Assembly: GCA_965199715.1 (NCBI GenBank)
Contig: OZ241322.1
Coordinates: 2,176,001 to 2,240,000, forward strand
Source of the DNA: Vicinamibacteria bacterium
GTDB taxonomy: Bacteria; Acidobacteriota; Vicinamibacteria; Marinacidobacterales; Marinacidobacteraceae
Direction of reading: 5' to 3'
DNA: 64,000 nucleotides
The first letter of the stretch is position 1. Every line of letters begins with the position of its first letter. The position numbers and the translations under genes are program-made. Under the pieces are notes generated by a model. It had not been told where the DNA came from. It searched no databases and worked only from the letters and a program-made list of their open reading frames with translations. Shown piece by piece: positions 35,707-44,798 of this stretch.

Positions 35707-36491
35707 AGCTGCTCGAAGGGAAACGAGGTCTGATCGTCGGGGTAGGGAACCGGCGGTCCTTCGCGTGGGGCGTGGCGCAGGCGGCGGCCCGCGAGGGCGC
35801 CCGGCTCTCGCTGAGCTTCCAGAACGAGCGGCTGGGCCGCAACGTCAACAAGCTGGCGGCCGGGATCCCGGGTACCGGGACGCTGCCGCTCGACGTGGCC
35901 GACGACGCCCAGTTGGACGCGGCGGTGGAGTCGGTCCGCGAGCAGCTCGGCGGCCTCGACTTCCTCGTCCACTCGGTGGCCTTCGCGCCCCGCGACGAGC
36001 TCGTCGGCGCCTTCGCCGCGACCTCGCGCGGCGGCTTCGGCCTCGCGCTGGACATATCTGCCTACTCGCTGACCGCGCTGACGGCGCGGTTCCGCTCGAT
36101 GCTCGGCGAGGACGACGGCGGCGCGGTGGTCACGCTGTCGTACCTCGGGGCGGAGCGGGCGTTTCCGAACTACAACGTCATGGGGGTCGCCAAGTCGGCG
36201 CTCGAGTCCTCGGTGCGCTACCTCGCGAGCGACCTCGGCCCCGAGGGGATCCGGGTGAACGCCATCTCCGCGGGGCCGGCGAAGACGCTGGCGTCGTCCG
36301 CCGTCGGCGGGATTTCGCGGATCGTGGACCACTACCGCGCCCACGCCCCGCTCCGCCGCGCCACGACCCCCGACGAGGTGGGGGACGCGGCCGCCTTCCT
36401 GCTCTCGCCGCTGGCGCGCGGCGTGACCGGCGAGGTCCTGCACGTGGACAGCGGCTTCCACGCGATCGGCGCGACGCTCGGCGATGGCTGA
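35703..36491 (+). CDS. fabI: Enoyl-ACP reductase
   Basis: GVGNRRSFAWG, VHSVAFAP, ISAYSL, YNVMGVAK, VNAISAGP.KTLA. Confidence 0.93.
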   Translation: MKLLEGKRGLIVGVGNRRSFAWGVAQAAAREGARLSLSFQNERLGRNVNKLAAGIPGTGTLPLDVADDAQLDAAVESVREQLGGLDFLVHSVAFAPRDELVGAFAATSRGGFGLALDISAYSLTALTARFRSMLGEDDGGAVVTLSYLGAERAFPNYNVMGVAKSALESSVRYLASDLGPEGIRVNAISAGPAKTLASSAVGGISRIVDHYRAHAPLRRATTPDEVGDAAAFLLSPLARGVTGEVLHVDSGFHAIGATLGDG

Positions 36492-37707
36492 CGAGCTCAT
36501 CTACGACTGGAACCGGCCGGATCCCGAAAACGTCTGGAAGCCGCGGAACCCGGTCCTGCTGAACGACGAGACGCTCCGGGACGGGCTCCAGAGCCCGTCG
36601 GTGGTCTCGCCGCCCATCGAGCAAAAGGTCCGGGTGCTGCATCTCATCGACGCGCTCGGCGTCCAGTCCGCCGACATCGGCCTGCCGGCGGCGGGGCCCC
36701 ACGTGGAGTCGCAGGTGCTCCGCCTCGCCCAGGAGATAGTGAGCGCGAAGCTGCAAGTCCGCCCCAACTGCGCCGCCCGGACGCTCGTCGCCGACATCGA
36801 ACCCATCCACCGGGTCTCCGAGAAGGTCGGCATCCCGATCGAGGTGGCCGCCTTCATCGGCTCCAGCCCGATCCGCCAGTACGCCGAGGAGTGGGATCTC
36901 GACTTCCTGCTGCGCCAGACCGAGAAGGCGGTGACGTGGTCGGTGCAGCGCGGGCTTGCGGTGGAGTACGTCACCGAGGACACGACCCGCGCCCGCCCCG
37001 AGACCGTCCGCAAGCTGTATCTGGCCGCGATCCGCTGCGGCGCCCGTCGCGTCGTGGTCTGCGACACCGTCGGCCACGCGACTCCCGACGGCGTGACCCG
37101 GCTCATCCGATTCGTGCGCGAGGTGATCGACGAGAGCGGCGCCGACGTGCAGCTCGACTGGCACGGCCATCGGGATCGAGGCCTTTCGGTGCCCAACAGC
37201 CTGACCGCGATCGAGGCCGGGGCCGACTGCGTCCACGGCACCGCCATCGGCATCGGCGAGCGCTGCGGGAACACCCCGATGGACCAGCTCCTCGTGAACC
37301 TGAACCTGCTCGGTTGGACCGACAACGACCTGTCGGCGCTGCGCGACTACTGCGAGGCGGTCGCCGAGGCCACCGGAGTTCCCATTCCCGCGGGGTACCC
37401 CGTCGTCGGTCGCGACGCCTTCCGGACCGGGACCGGGGTCCACGCCGCGGCCATCATCAAGGCGAGGGAGAAGGGCGACGACTGGCTCGCCGACCGGGTG
37501 TATTCGGGAGTCGCCGCCGGCGACTACGGGCTCCGCCAGAAGGTCGAGGTCGGGCCGATGAGCGGTCTCGCGAACGTGACGTACTGGCTGCGCCAGCACG
37601 GCCACGCCGCCACGGACGAGCTGGCCGCGAGGGTGTTCCGCGCGGCGAAGAGCGCCGACCGGGTGCTCACCGACGCCGAGATCGAGGGAGTCGTCAGGAG
37701 CGGCTGA
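36484..37707 (+). CDS. LeuA/CimA-family (DRE-TIM) acyltransferase of uncertain substrate
   Basis: DETLRDGLQ, CDTVG, HGHRDRG, GIGERCGN, GVHAAA. No regulatory domain. Confidence 0.85.
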   Translation: MADELIYDWNRPDPENVWKPRNPVLLNDETLRDGLQSPSVVSPPIEQKVRVLHLIDALGVQSADIGLPAAGPHVESQVLRLAQEIVSAKLQVRPNCAARTLVADIEPIHRVSEKVGIPIEVAAFIGSSPIRQYAEEWDLDFLLRQTEKAVTWSVQRGLAVEYVTEDTTRARPETVRKLYLAAIRCGARRVVVCDTVGHATPDGVTRLIRFVREVIDESGADVQLDWHGHRDRGLSVPNSLTAIEAGADCVHGTAIGIGERCGNTPMDQLLVNLNLLGWTDNDLSALRDYCEAVAEATGVPIPAGYPVVGRDAFRTGTGVHAAAIIKAREKGDDWLADRVYSGVAAGDYGLRQKVEVGPMSGLANVTYWLRQHGHAATDELAARVFRAAKSADRVLTDAEIEGVVRSG

Positions 37708-38551
37708 CCGCGAGGCCCACGCCCTCGTGGATCAGCCGCGCGGCCAGCAGCAGCGTCCGCTGCTCGGCGTCCCCGCCCGGGCACGCCTCGACCACGTCCA
37801 TCCCGGCGAGGCGGAACCGCCGCCCGATCTCGTGGACGAGGTCCAGCCCGGCGCGGGCGGAGAGTCCGCCGGGCACCGGATGCGCCACCGCCGGCGCGAA
37901 GGCCGGATCGAACCCGTCCATGTCGATCGTCAGGTACACGCGGGCGCCGTCGGGGAGATGGTCGAGGAACGACGTCCGGCGCGCGGCCTCCCGGGCGGTG
38001 ATGGAGCGCACGCGGCCGGGATGGGCCTCGCGCAGCGCGAGCTGGACCGGGTTCTCCGTGCGGACCCCGATCTGGGTCACGCTGCGCACCCACGGGAACT
38101 CGAGCAGGCGCGCGGCGACGCAGGCGTGGGAGTCGCGGTTCCCCTCGAAGTCGGGATACATGTCGGGGTGCGCGTCCCACTGGACCACGTGCAGGTCGCC
38201 CCGGCCCTCGAACGCGGCGACGAGCGGCGGAGTGATCGCGTGGTCGCCCCCCAGAACGAACGGAACCCGCCCGGCGTCCAGCTCGGGGGCGACGGCCTTC
38301 CGGTAGCGCTCCTTGTCGGATTGGAATCCCTCGGCCGAGGGTTCGAGGTCGCCGAGGTCGTACAGCGCTCCCGCGCAATCGACCATCGCCTCGGTGCACG
38401 AGTTGTGGCAGTCGCCGTCGTAGGCGACCCGGATGGCCGGCGGGGCGTCGGAACAGGCGCTGCGGAAGGTGGACTGCGTGGCGTCCCGGACGCCGAGCAG
38501 CGAGGCGGGAGCGTCCGGATGCTTCGTGAGGAGGCCGGCGAACGGGATCAT
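37694..38551 (-). CDS. Agmatinase/arginase-family ureohydrolase
   Basis: GGDHAIT, DAHPD, SHAC, DMDGFDP...P.PGG. Confidence 0.9.
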   Translation of the reverse strand: MIPFAGLLTKHPDAPASLLGVRDATQSTFRSACSDAPPAIRVAYDGDCHNSCTEAMVDCAGALYDLGDLEPSAEGFQSDKERYRKAVAPELDAGRVPFVLGGDHAITPPLVAAFEGRGDLHVVQWDAHPDMYPDFEGNRDSHACVAARLLEFPWVRSVTQIGVRTENPVQLALREAHPGRVRSITAREAARRTSFLDHLPDGARVYLTIDMDGFDPAFAPAVAHPVPGGLSARAGLDLVHEIGRRFRLAGMDVVEACPGGDAEQRTLLLAARLIHEGVGLAVSRS

Positions 38552-38578
38552 CCGGCAAGGCTACTAAGCTCCCCGCCG

Positions 38579-40009
38579 ATGCCGAAGCCGCCGCGCCCCG
38601 CCGTCGGGGCGATGCTCGTTCGGGGCGGCCGGACGCTGCTCGTGCGGCGCTCGCCGAAGCTGCGCGCCTTCGCGAACTTCTGGGCGTTTCCCGGCGGCAC
38701 AATCGCCCGGTCGGACTCCGGCCCCGCCGAGGCCGCCGCCCGGGAGGTCTTCGAGGAGACCGGAGTCCTGCTGGCGCGGGGCCGCGATCCCGCCGTCCCG
38801 CTGGACCCGCTGCGCCGGGCGCTGCTGGCGGAGGAGATTTCGTTCGCCGAGGCGCTGCGGCGGACCGGCGCGACGCTGCGCGACGCCGACTTCGTCGAGG
38901 TCGAGTCGCTCACCACCCCCGAATCCGCCCCGTATCGCTTCGAGACCCGGTTCTTCCGGCTGCCACTCCCCGACGACGCCGAGGTCTCCGTCTGGCCGGG
39001 CGAGATCGTGGACTCGGCGCTCGCGACCCCCGAGGAGGCGCTCGCCCGCTGGCGAGACGGCGCCATGGCGCTCGCGCCGCCGATCATCGGTCTCCTCGAG
39101 CGCTGGTCGGACGACGACGCCCAGTACCGCGAGCGGAACCGCGTCGAGCGGGCGCGCCGCCCGGTCGTCCGGTTCTCGCCCGGATGCGCGGTGATTCCGT
39201 GCCGGACGCGCACGCTCCCGCCGGCGACCCACACGAACGCGATCCTCATGGGGACCTCCCGGCGCTTCCTCGTGGATCCGGCGCCCGAGGATCCGGACGA
39301 ACGAGCGATGCTCTTCGAACTGGTGGACCGCCTGCTCGGTGCCGACCGGCTCGAGGCGGTGCTGGTCACCCACCACCATCCGGACCACGTGGGATCGGTC
39401 GCGGCGGCCGCCGAACGCTACGAAGTTCCCGTCGGGGCGCACCGAGAGACCCTCGCCCGGCTGCCGGCCTTTCCCGGCGCGACCCGCGCGCTGGACGAGG
39501 GCGACGTTCTCGATCTCGGGACCGCGCCCGACGGCTCGCCCGACTGGCGCCTTGGGGTCCAGTTCGTGCCCGGCCACGCGCCCGGGCACCTTGCGTTCGT
39601 CGAGAGCCGCTACGGCGCGATGATCCTTGGCGACATGGTCTCGTCGATCTCGTCGATCCTGATCTCGCCCGAAGACGGCGATCTGGGCCAGTACATGGAT
39701 TCGCTGCGCCGCCTCGCCGGCGAGTGCCGGGGGATGGCGTATCCGGGCCACGGGACGCCAGTGGTCGATGGCCCGGGGCTGCTCGCGAAGCAGGTCAAGC
39801 ACCGGGAAGCTCGGGAGGCGGCGGTGCTGGACGCGCTCGGGGAGCGTCCGGCCGCCCTCCGCGAGATCGGGTTGCGCGCGTATCCGGAAGTCCCCGAGTC
39901 GGGGCCGGTGCGCCGTATGGCCGAGACCGCGCTGACCTCCGGCCTGCTGAAGCTGGAGCGGGAGAATCGCGCGCGGCGCGGCGGGGACGGCTGGGCGCTC
40001 GCCGGCTGA
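38579..40009 (+). CDS. NUDIX + MBL-fold hydrolase fusion
   Basis: FPGG...AAAREVFEETG Nudix box, THHHPDH, GHAPGH, GDM, PGHG. Confidence 0.88.
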   Translation: MPKPPRPAVGAMLVRGGRTLLVRRSPKLRAFANFWAFPGGTIARSDSGPAEAAAREVFEETGVLLARGRDPAVPLDPLRRALLAEEISFAEALRRTGATLRDADFVEVESLTTPESAPYRFETRFFRLPLPDDAEVSVWPGEIVDSALATPEEALARWRDGAMALAPPIIGLLERWSDDDAQYRERNRVERARRPVVRFSPGCAVIPCRTRTLPPATHTNAILMGTSRRFLVDPAPEDPDERAMLFELVDRLLGADRLEAVLVTHHHPDHVGSVAAAAERYEVPVGAHRETLARLPAFPGATRALDEGDVLDLGTAPDGSPDWRLGVQFVPGHAPGHLAFVESRYGAMILGDMVSSISSILISPEDGDLGQYMDSLRRLAGECRGMAYPGHGTPVVDGPGLLAKQVKHREAREAAVLDALGERPAALREIGLRAYPEVPESGPVRRMAETALTSGLLKLERENRARRGGDGWALAG

Positions 40010-40011
40010 AC

Positions 40012-41286
40012 CTACTCGGCCGTGCTGCCGGGCACTGTGTTCCCGGCGATCACGACGCGCTCGATCGTGCGCAGCGCCGCGATCCCGTCGAGTGGGTTCT
40101 CGCGCAACACGATGAAATCGGCCCACTTGCCGGGAACTAGCTCGCCCACTTCGTCAAAATCCAGACACCGCGCCGCGTCGCGGGTGGCCGAGAGGAGGAT
40201 CTGTTCGGCGCTCAGCCCCGCCTCGGCCATCTCGGCGGTCTCGATGTGCTCGAAGTAGCCCTGGAAGCGCGCCGGCGGCCCGGTGTCGGTGCCGAACGCG
40301 ATGGTCACCCCGGCGTCGGCCACGGCCTTCACGTTGGCCATCGCGATCGGGTAGTGCTCCCGATAGCCCTGCGCGGACGGGCTCGCGGCGACCCGCGCCA
40401 TGCGCTCGGGATCCCGCAACTGGTCCAGCACCGCCGGATCGGCGTCCTTCAGGAAGAACGGGTCGTCGAAGAACTCGGGCACGTCGGCGTACACGAAGGT
40501 GGAGATCTCCCGCACCAGCGTGGGCACGTAGCAGACGCCCTTTTCCAGCATGAGGTCGAGAAACTCCTGATCGACCGGCTGGTCGCGCACGCTGTGGGCG
40601 ATCAGCCCCGACCCCAGGCGCAGCGCCTCCTTCGCGTCGTCCAGGTAGAAGATGTGGGTCGTGACCCGCTTGCCGGCCTCGGCGGCGAGCGCCATGACCC
40701 GCTCGATGGTCTCCGACGGCACCCGCTCGTTCGCGCCGAGGTTCGTGTCGATCCGCATCTTGAGGAAGTCGGCGGGCAGCGCGAGGCTCTCGGTCACGAT
40801 CGCCTCGGCCTCCTCGGGCGAGCCGCTCGAGACGATCCCCCCGCCGATCCAGATGCGGGCGCGGTCCAGCGACTCGTCCTGCTCGTCGCGCAGCGCCGCC
40901 GCCTCCGGCCCGTCGCCGCCCAGCGAGGCGATGCTCGTGACCCCGTAGCGGGCGTAGAGCGCGAGCTGCCGGACGAGGTTCTCGCGAGTGTAGTGCCCGC
41001 CTTCCAGACCCATCACGTCGCCCACGTGCCCGTGCGCGTTCACGAAGCCGGGAATGACGGTCATCCCCGAAAGGTCCGTCACCTCGGCCCCGGCGGGAAC
41101 CTCGACCGCGCCCGCCGCCGAGACCCGTCCGTCGCGCACGACGAGAACCGCGTCCTCGACGGCAGCCGCGCCGGTCCCGTCCCACAGCGTGATCCCGGTG
41201 TAGGCGGTGACTCCCTCGAGCGGGGGCGGCGGCTCGGGGCCGCAGCCGAGCAGGGCGATCAGGGCGAGGGGCAGGGAAAGGCGCAT
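40012..41286 (-). CDS. Amidohydrolase-family lipoprotein
   Basis: Lipobox LLGC, PGFVNAHGH, AH, FGTDTG, GKWADF. Confidence 0.88.
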   Translation of the reverse strand: MRLSLPLALIALLGCGPEPPPPLEGVTAYTGITLWDGTGAAAVEDAVLVVRDGRVSAAGAVEVPAGAEVTDLSGMTVIPGFVNAHGHVGDVMGLEGGHYTRENLVRQLALYARYGVTSIASLGGDGPEAAALRDEQDESLDRARIWIGGGIVSSGSPEEAEAIVTESLALPADFLKMRIDTNLGANERVPSETIERVMALAAEAGKRVTTHIFYLDDAKEALRLGSGLIAHSVRDQPVDQEFLDLMLEKGVCYVPTLVREISTFVYADVPEFFDDPFFLKDADPAVLDQLRDPERMARVAASPSAQGYREHYPIAMANVKAVADAGVTIAFGTDTGPPARFQGYFEHIETAEMAEAGLSAEQILLSATRDAARCLDFDEVGELVPGKWADFIVLRENPLDGIAALRTIERVVIAGNTVPGSTAE

Positions 41287-41353
41287 GGGAACCTCCGGGG
41301 GCGGCTGAGCATATCCGTGGGCCGTAGTGCCTCCGGCGCTTTCGCCCGGAGAA

Positions 41354-42846
41354 GGGACTGTCCGTAATTCCGTGTTTGGGGGCCATGGCATGAAGTCCGG
41401 GAGGACGAGGCGTGGCACGCGCACGACAGCTACGAGGGCCGCGCCCGCGGAAGGGGCGGATCAGCGACCGGCTGCTGGATGAGCTACTGGCGGGGGAGGA
41501 CCCGACCGAGGCCTTCCACGACGGGAAGCTGGTCGCCGAGTCGAAGAAGGCGCTCAGCGAGCGGATCCTCGGGGCCGAGATGGGCCCGCATCTGGACCGC
41601 AAGGCGGAGCGGGCGGCGGGGAACCACCGGAACGGGCACAACCGGAAGCGGGCGCTCGCGGGCGACGTGGAGCTGGATCTGGCGGCGCCCCGGGATCGCC
41701 ACGGGACGTTCGAGCCGCAACTGGTGGAGAAGTGCGCCCGGCGGCTGCCGGGGTTCGACGAACAGGCGATCTCGATGTACGGGCGGGGGATGGCGACGCG
41801 GGAGATCCAGGGCCGCGTGGAGCAGTCGTACGGGATGAAGGCGTCGGCGGAGACGATCTCCGCGGCCACCGAAACGGTAGCGGAGGATGTCCGGGAGTGG
41901 CGCTCGCGCCCGCTGGAGGCGACCTGCGCGCTGGTGTTCTTCGACGCGCTGCGGGCGAAGATCCGGGACGGGGGCCTGGTGCGGAACAAGGCGGCGTGCA
42001 TGGCCATCGGGGTGACCTGCGGGGGCCGGAAGGAGGTTCTGGGGTTCTGGATCCAGGAGACGGAGGGGGCGAAGTTCCGGCTGGGGGTGATGAACGAGCT
42101 GAAGGGCCGGGGGGTCCGGGACGTGCTGATCGCGGTGGCGGACGGGCTGAAGGGCTTCCCGGAGGCGATCGAGGCGGCGTTCCCGCAGGCGCTCGTGCCG
42201 AAGTGCGTGGCGCGCCTGATCCGGCGGTCGCCGCGCTACGCGTCGCACAAGGAACGGCGGGAGCTGGCGGCGGCGCTGAAGACGATCTGCCGCGCGGCGA
42301 CGGAGGCGGCGGCGGAAGCGGCGCTGGACGCGGTGGAGGACGGGCCGTGGGGTCGGAAGCATCCGGCGATCCCGGCGATGTGGCGGCGTGCGTGGACGCA
42401 GGCGATCCCGTTCCTCGCGTTCTCGGAGCCGATCCGGCGGGCGATCTACACGACGAACGCGATCGAGAGCCGGAACAGTTCGGTGCGGCGTGCGGTGCGG
42501 ACGCGGGGATGCTTCCCGCACGACCGTGCGGCGGCGAAGTTGATCTGCCTGGCGCTGCGGCGGGCGCAGGCGGCGTGGAAGCGGCCGCCGCGGTACTGGC
42601 GCGAGGCGCGGGCGGAGTTCGCGATCCGGTTCGGGGCGCGGTTCCAGCCGGATGACCCCTGAGCGCCCGACGGCGAGTTCCCCTCGGCCTTCCTCCGCTC
42701 CGCCGACTCAGCCCGGATCGGCCCCGGCGCACCCTCGGCGGCCCGCCGTTCCGGCCCGGCTCACCCCGCTGGTACCGTCAGACGCGCCCTGGCGACGGGG
42801 GCGAAGAAACATCTACGCCCCCAAACACGGGAATCCTGATACCTCC
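41354..42846 (+). mobile_element. IS256-family insertion sequence
   Basis: Imperfect ~30-bp terminal inverted repeats: GGGACTGTCCGTAATTCCGTGTTTGGGGGC versus reverse complement GGAGGTATCAGGATTCCCGTGTTTGGGGGC (inner 14 bp identical). No clear target duplication. Confidence 0.9.
41412..42662 (+). CDS. IS256 transposase (ORF open, probably non-functional)
   Basis: RNG, PRDR..F.P, FFDA, DGLKGF, IYTTNAIES. Many conserved residues substituted, and CxxH reads CVAR. Confidence 0.9.
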   Translation: MARARQLRGPRPRKGRISDRLLDELLAGEDPTEAFHDGKLVAESKKALSERILGAEMGPHLDRKAERAAGNHRNGHNRKRALAGDVELDLAAPRDRHGTFEPQLVEKCARRLPGFDEQAISMYGRGMATREIQGRVEQSYGMKASAETISAATETVAEDVREWRSRPLEATCALVFFDALRAKIRDGGLVRNKAACMAIGVTCGGRKEVLGFWIQETEGAKFRLGVMNELKGRGVRDVLIAVADGLKGFPEAIEAAFPQALVPKCVARLIRRSPRYASHKERRELAAALKTICRAATEAAAEAALDAVEDGPWGRKHPAIPAMWRRAWTQAIPFLAFSEPIRRAIYTTNAIESRNSSVRRAVRTRGCFPHDRAAAKLICLALRRAQAAWKRPPRYWREARAEFAIRFGARFQPDDP

Positions 42847-42847
42847 G

Positions 42848-43219
42848 TTCAAGGATCTGCCCACCCGCGCGGCGGGAGTCCGCGACGGCTACTCGCCAAG
42901 AACGCACGAACTGGGCCGACGCTACAAGGAGCGCTGTGACTTCGAATGCGGGTGCCGTGGGGTTCCGTTGACGAACGGGGACGCGAAACTCCTCGACTTG
43001 CACCACATCAACGGAGTGACGCAGGACAACAACTGGGCGAACCTCATGGCGCTATGCAAGCTGTGTCACGCGGGGCAGCCGCAGCACGGCCGCCTGCAGG
43101 CGTCCGAGGAGGACGAACGTCGGATTCGCGAGCTGCGCAACCGCAAGAACGGGAATCGCGGCGAGGACGACCAACTCGGCCCGGCGGTGAGCGGACGCGG
43201 GGTAGGCTCCGCGCCGTGA
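42848..43219 (+). pseudogene. HNH endonuclease C-terminal fragment (ZorE-like), truncated by IS256
   Basis: In frame from the IS end: FKDLP...DGY...C..RGV...LHHINGVTQDNNWANLMALCKLCH..QP.H. Confidence 0.75.
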
Positions 43220-44100
43220 CCGTCTCCCCGGCCTCCGTCCTCGGCCGCCAGAGCATGTGCGGGCGGCTCCTCGAGGTGCTCGTCATCGCGCCGCAGGGGG
43301 CCATGTGGAGCCATCCCGCGGGCTACCGGGAACTCGGCTACCTGCATCCGCCCGAACCAGACTTGGCCGCCCGGCAGCATCGTGCGCTGCGCTCCGAACT
43401 GGCCGGGTTCGGCGCCAGGGTTCGCGAAGCCGCGCCGACGGGGCTGTCCGCCGACGCGGTGTATTGCCACGACGCCTCGTTCCCGACGCCCCGGGGCATG
43501 GTGCTGATGCGCATGGGCAAGCCGGCGCGGGCCGCCGAGCCGGAGGCGCATCGGGCGCTCTACCGTGAAATGGACATTCCCGTGATCGGCGCGATCGAGG
43601 CGCCGGGGGTGATGGAGGGCGGCGATCTCGTCTGGCTGGACGAGCGCACGGTGCTCGCCGGGGAGGGTTACCGGACCGACGCGGCGGGGATCGCGCAGCT
43701 TGCCGCGTTGCTCGCTCCCGACGGCGTGGAGGTGATCGCGTCGGCGCTGCCGCACGGGGACGGGCCGGCGTGCTGCCTCCACCTGATGTCCCTCATCAGC
43801 GTGCTCGACTCGCGGACGATGGTCGCCGATCCGCGCTTTCTCGCCGTGCCCACGATGAAGCTGCTGGAGGATCGCCGGTTCCGGCTGATCCCGATCGTGG
43901 ACGAGGAGCGGGAGACCATGGCTGCGAACGTGCTCGCGCTCGGCCACGGGGAGCTTCTCGCGATCGAGGCCAACGAGCGCACGAACGAGCGGCTCGAGGG
44001 CGCCGGGTTCCGGGTCCGGACCTATCCCGGCTCGGAGATCAGCCAGAACGGTTCGGGCGGTCCCACCTGCCTCACGCGACCGATCCGGAGGGCGCAGTGA
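43216..44100 (+). CDS. Arginine deiminase / amidinotransferase (DDAH-like) family enzyme
   Basis: DAVYCHD, EGGD, GYRTD, CLHL, ANVLAL, GSGGPTCLTRP. Confidence 0.9.
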   Translation: MTVSPASVLGRQSMCGRLLEVLVIAPQGAMWSHPAGYRELGYLHPPEPDLAARQHRALRSELAGFGARVREAAPTGLSADAVYCHDASFPTPRGMVLMRMGKPARAAEPEAHRALYREMDIPVIGAIEAPGVMEGGDLVWLDERTVLAGEGYRTDAAGIAQLAALLAPDGVEVIASALPHGDGPACCLHLMSLISVLDSRTMVADPRFLAVPTMKLLEDRRFRLIPIVDEERETMAANVLALGHGELLAIEANERTNERLEGAGFRVRTYPGSEISQNGSGGPTCLTRPIRRAQ

Positions 44101-44369
44101 AGCGGCGGAAGCTGGCGGGGTTCCTGACTTTCCTCGCGTTTCTCCTGCTCGTCGCGTACGTCGTCCGTTCCACCATGAGCATGGGCGGCTCCCGTTGCGA
44201 GGTCACGATGACGATGAGCGGTCGGACGGCCACGGTCGGGGCCCGGGGGGCGACGCCCGCCGACGCGACTCGGGCCGCGATCACCGGGGCCTGCGCCCGG
44301 ATCGCCAACGGGCGCACCGAGAACATCCTCTGCCTCGACTCACCGCCGCTCGCCGTCTCCTGTCAGTGA
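44097..44369 (+). CDS. Small membrane-anchored Cys-containing protein
   Basis: N-terminal TM followed by a 4-Cys domain (RCEV, ACARI, LCL, SCQ). GTGA overlap. Confidence 0.7.
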   Translation: MKRRKLAGFLTFLAFLLLVAYVVRSTMSMGGSRCEVTMTMSGRTATVGARGATPADATRAAITGACARIANGRTENILCLDSPPLAVSCQ

Positions 44370-44798
44370 CGCGAGCGGCGTGACCGTTCCGTCGGGCCGC
44401 GCGACGAACGCCTCGGTTGGAGTCTTCCAGACCGCGCGCACCGCGAATCGCCAGCGCCGCGCCCGCGCGACCGTCCCCCGGTCGCCCGTGGGGGCCATGA
44501 CCATGACGGCCGCGCGGTCCGGGCCGCGGATCGCGCTCGGCACGGTCACGAGGAACGGCCGCCCGGCCCGGTCCCGCAGCGCCGCCCGCACGTCGCTGCG
44601 CAGTTCGCCGGGACGCTCTTCCAGCCACGATCCGGCGGCGCGGGCGAGGGCGGTGGCTTCCCGGACGACCGCTTCCCGATCCCGGGCGGCGACGACGCGG
44701 CGATCCAGCATCCGCTCCGCCGCCGCGGCGTCGGCTTCGAGACCCTCGGCGATCCGCGCCAGCAGCAGGTGGGCGAGCCGCCGGGTCGCCGCGCTCAC
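44340..44798 (-). CDS. Degenerate PD-(D/E)XK-like domain, probably the detached AddA nuclease domain
   Basis: GTG 44798 overlaps the helicase TGA. 152 aa, with layout like the AddA C-terminus but without the D, D/E-x-K and Q-x-x-x-Y residues. Confidence 0.5.
   Translation of the reverse strand: MSAATRRLAHLLLARIAEGLEADAAAAERMLDRRVVAARDREAVVREATALARAAGSWLEERPGELRSDVRAALRDRAGRPFLVTVPSAIRGPDRAAVMVMAPTGDRGTVARARRWRFAVRAVWKTPTEAFVARPDGTVTPLASLTGDGERR

Noticed and set aside
41412-42662. Diversity-generating retroelement as the cause of the A->G changes
   Set aside because: No reverse transcriptase or template/variable repeat pair, and the changes occur on both strands across unrelated pseudogenes.
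41346-42854. Target-site duplication around IS256
   Set aside because: Best flanks CGGAGAAG / CGTTCAAG match only 5 of 8 bases.
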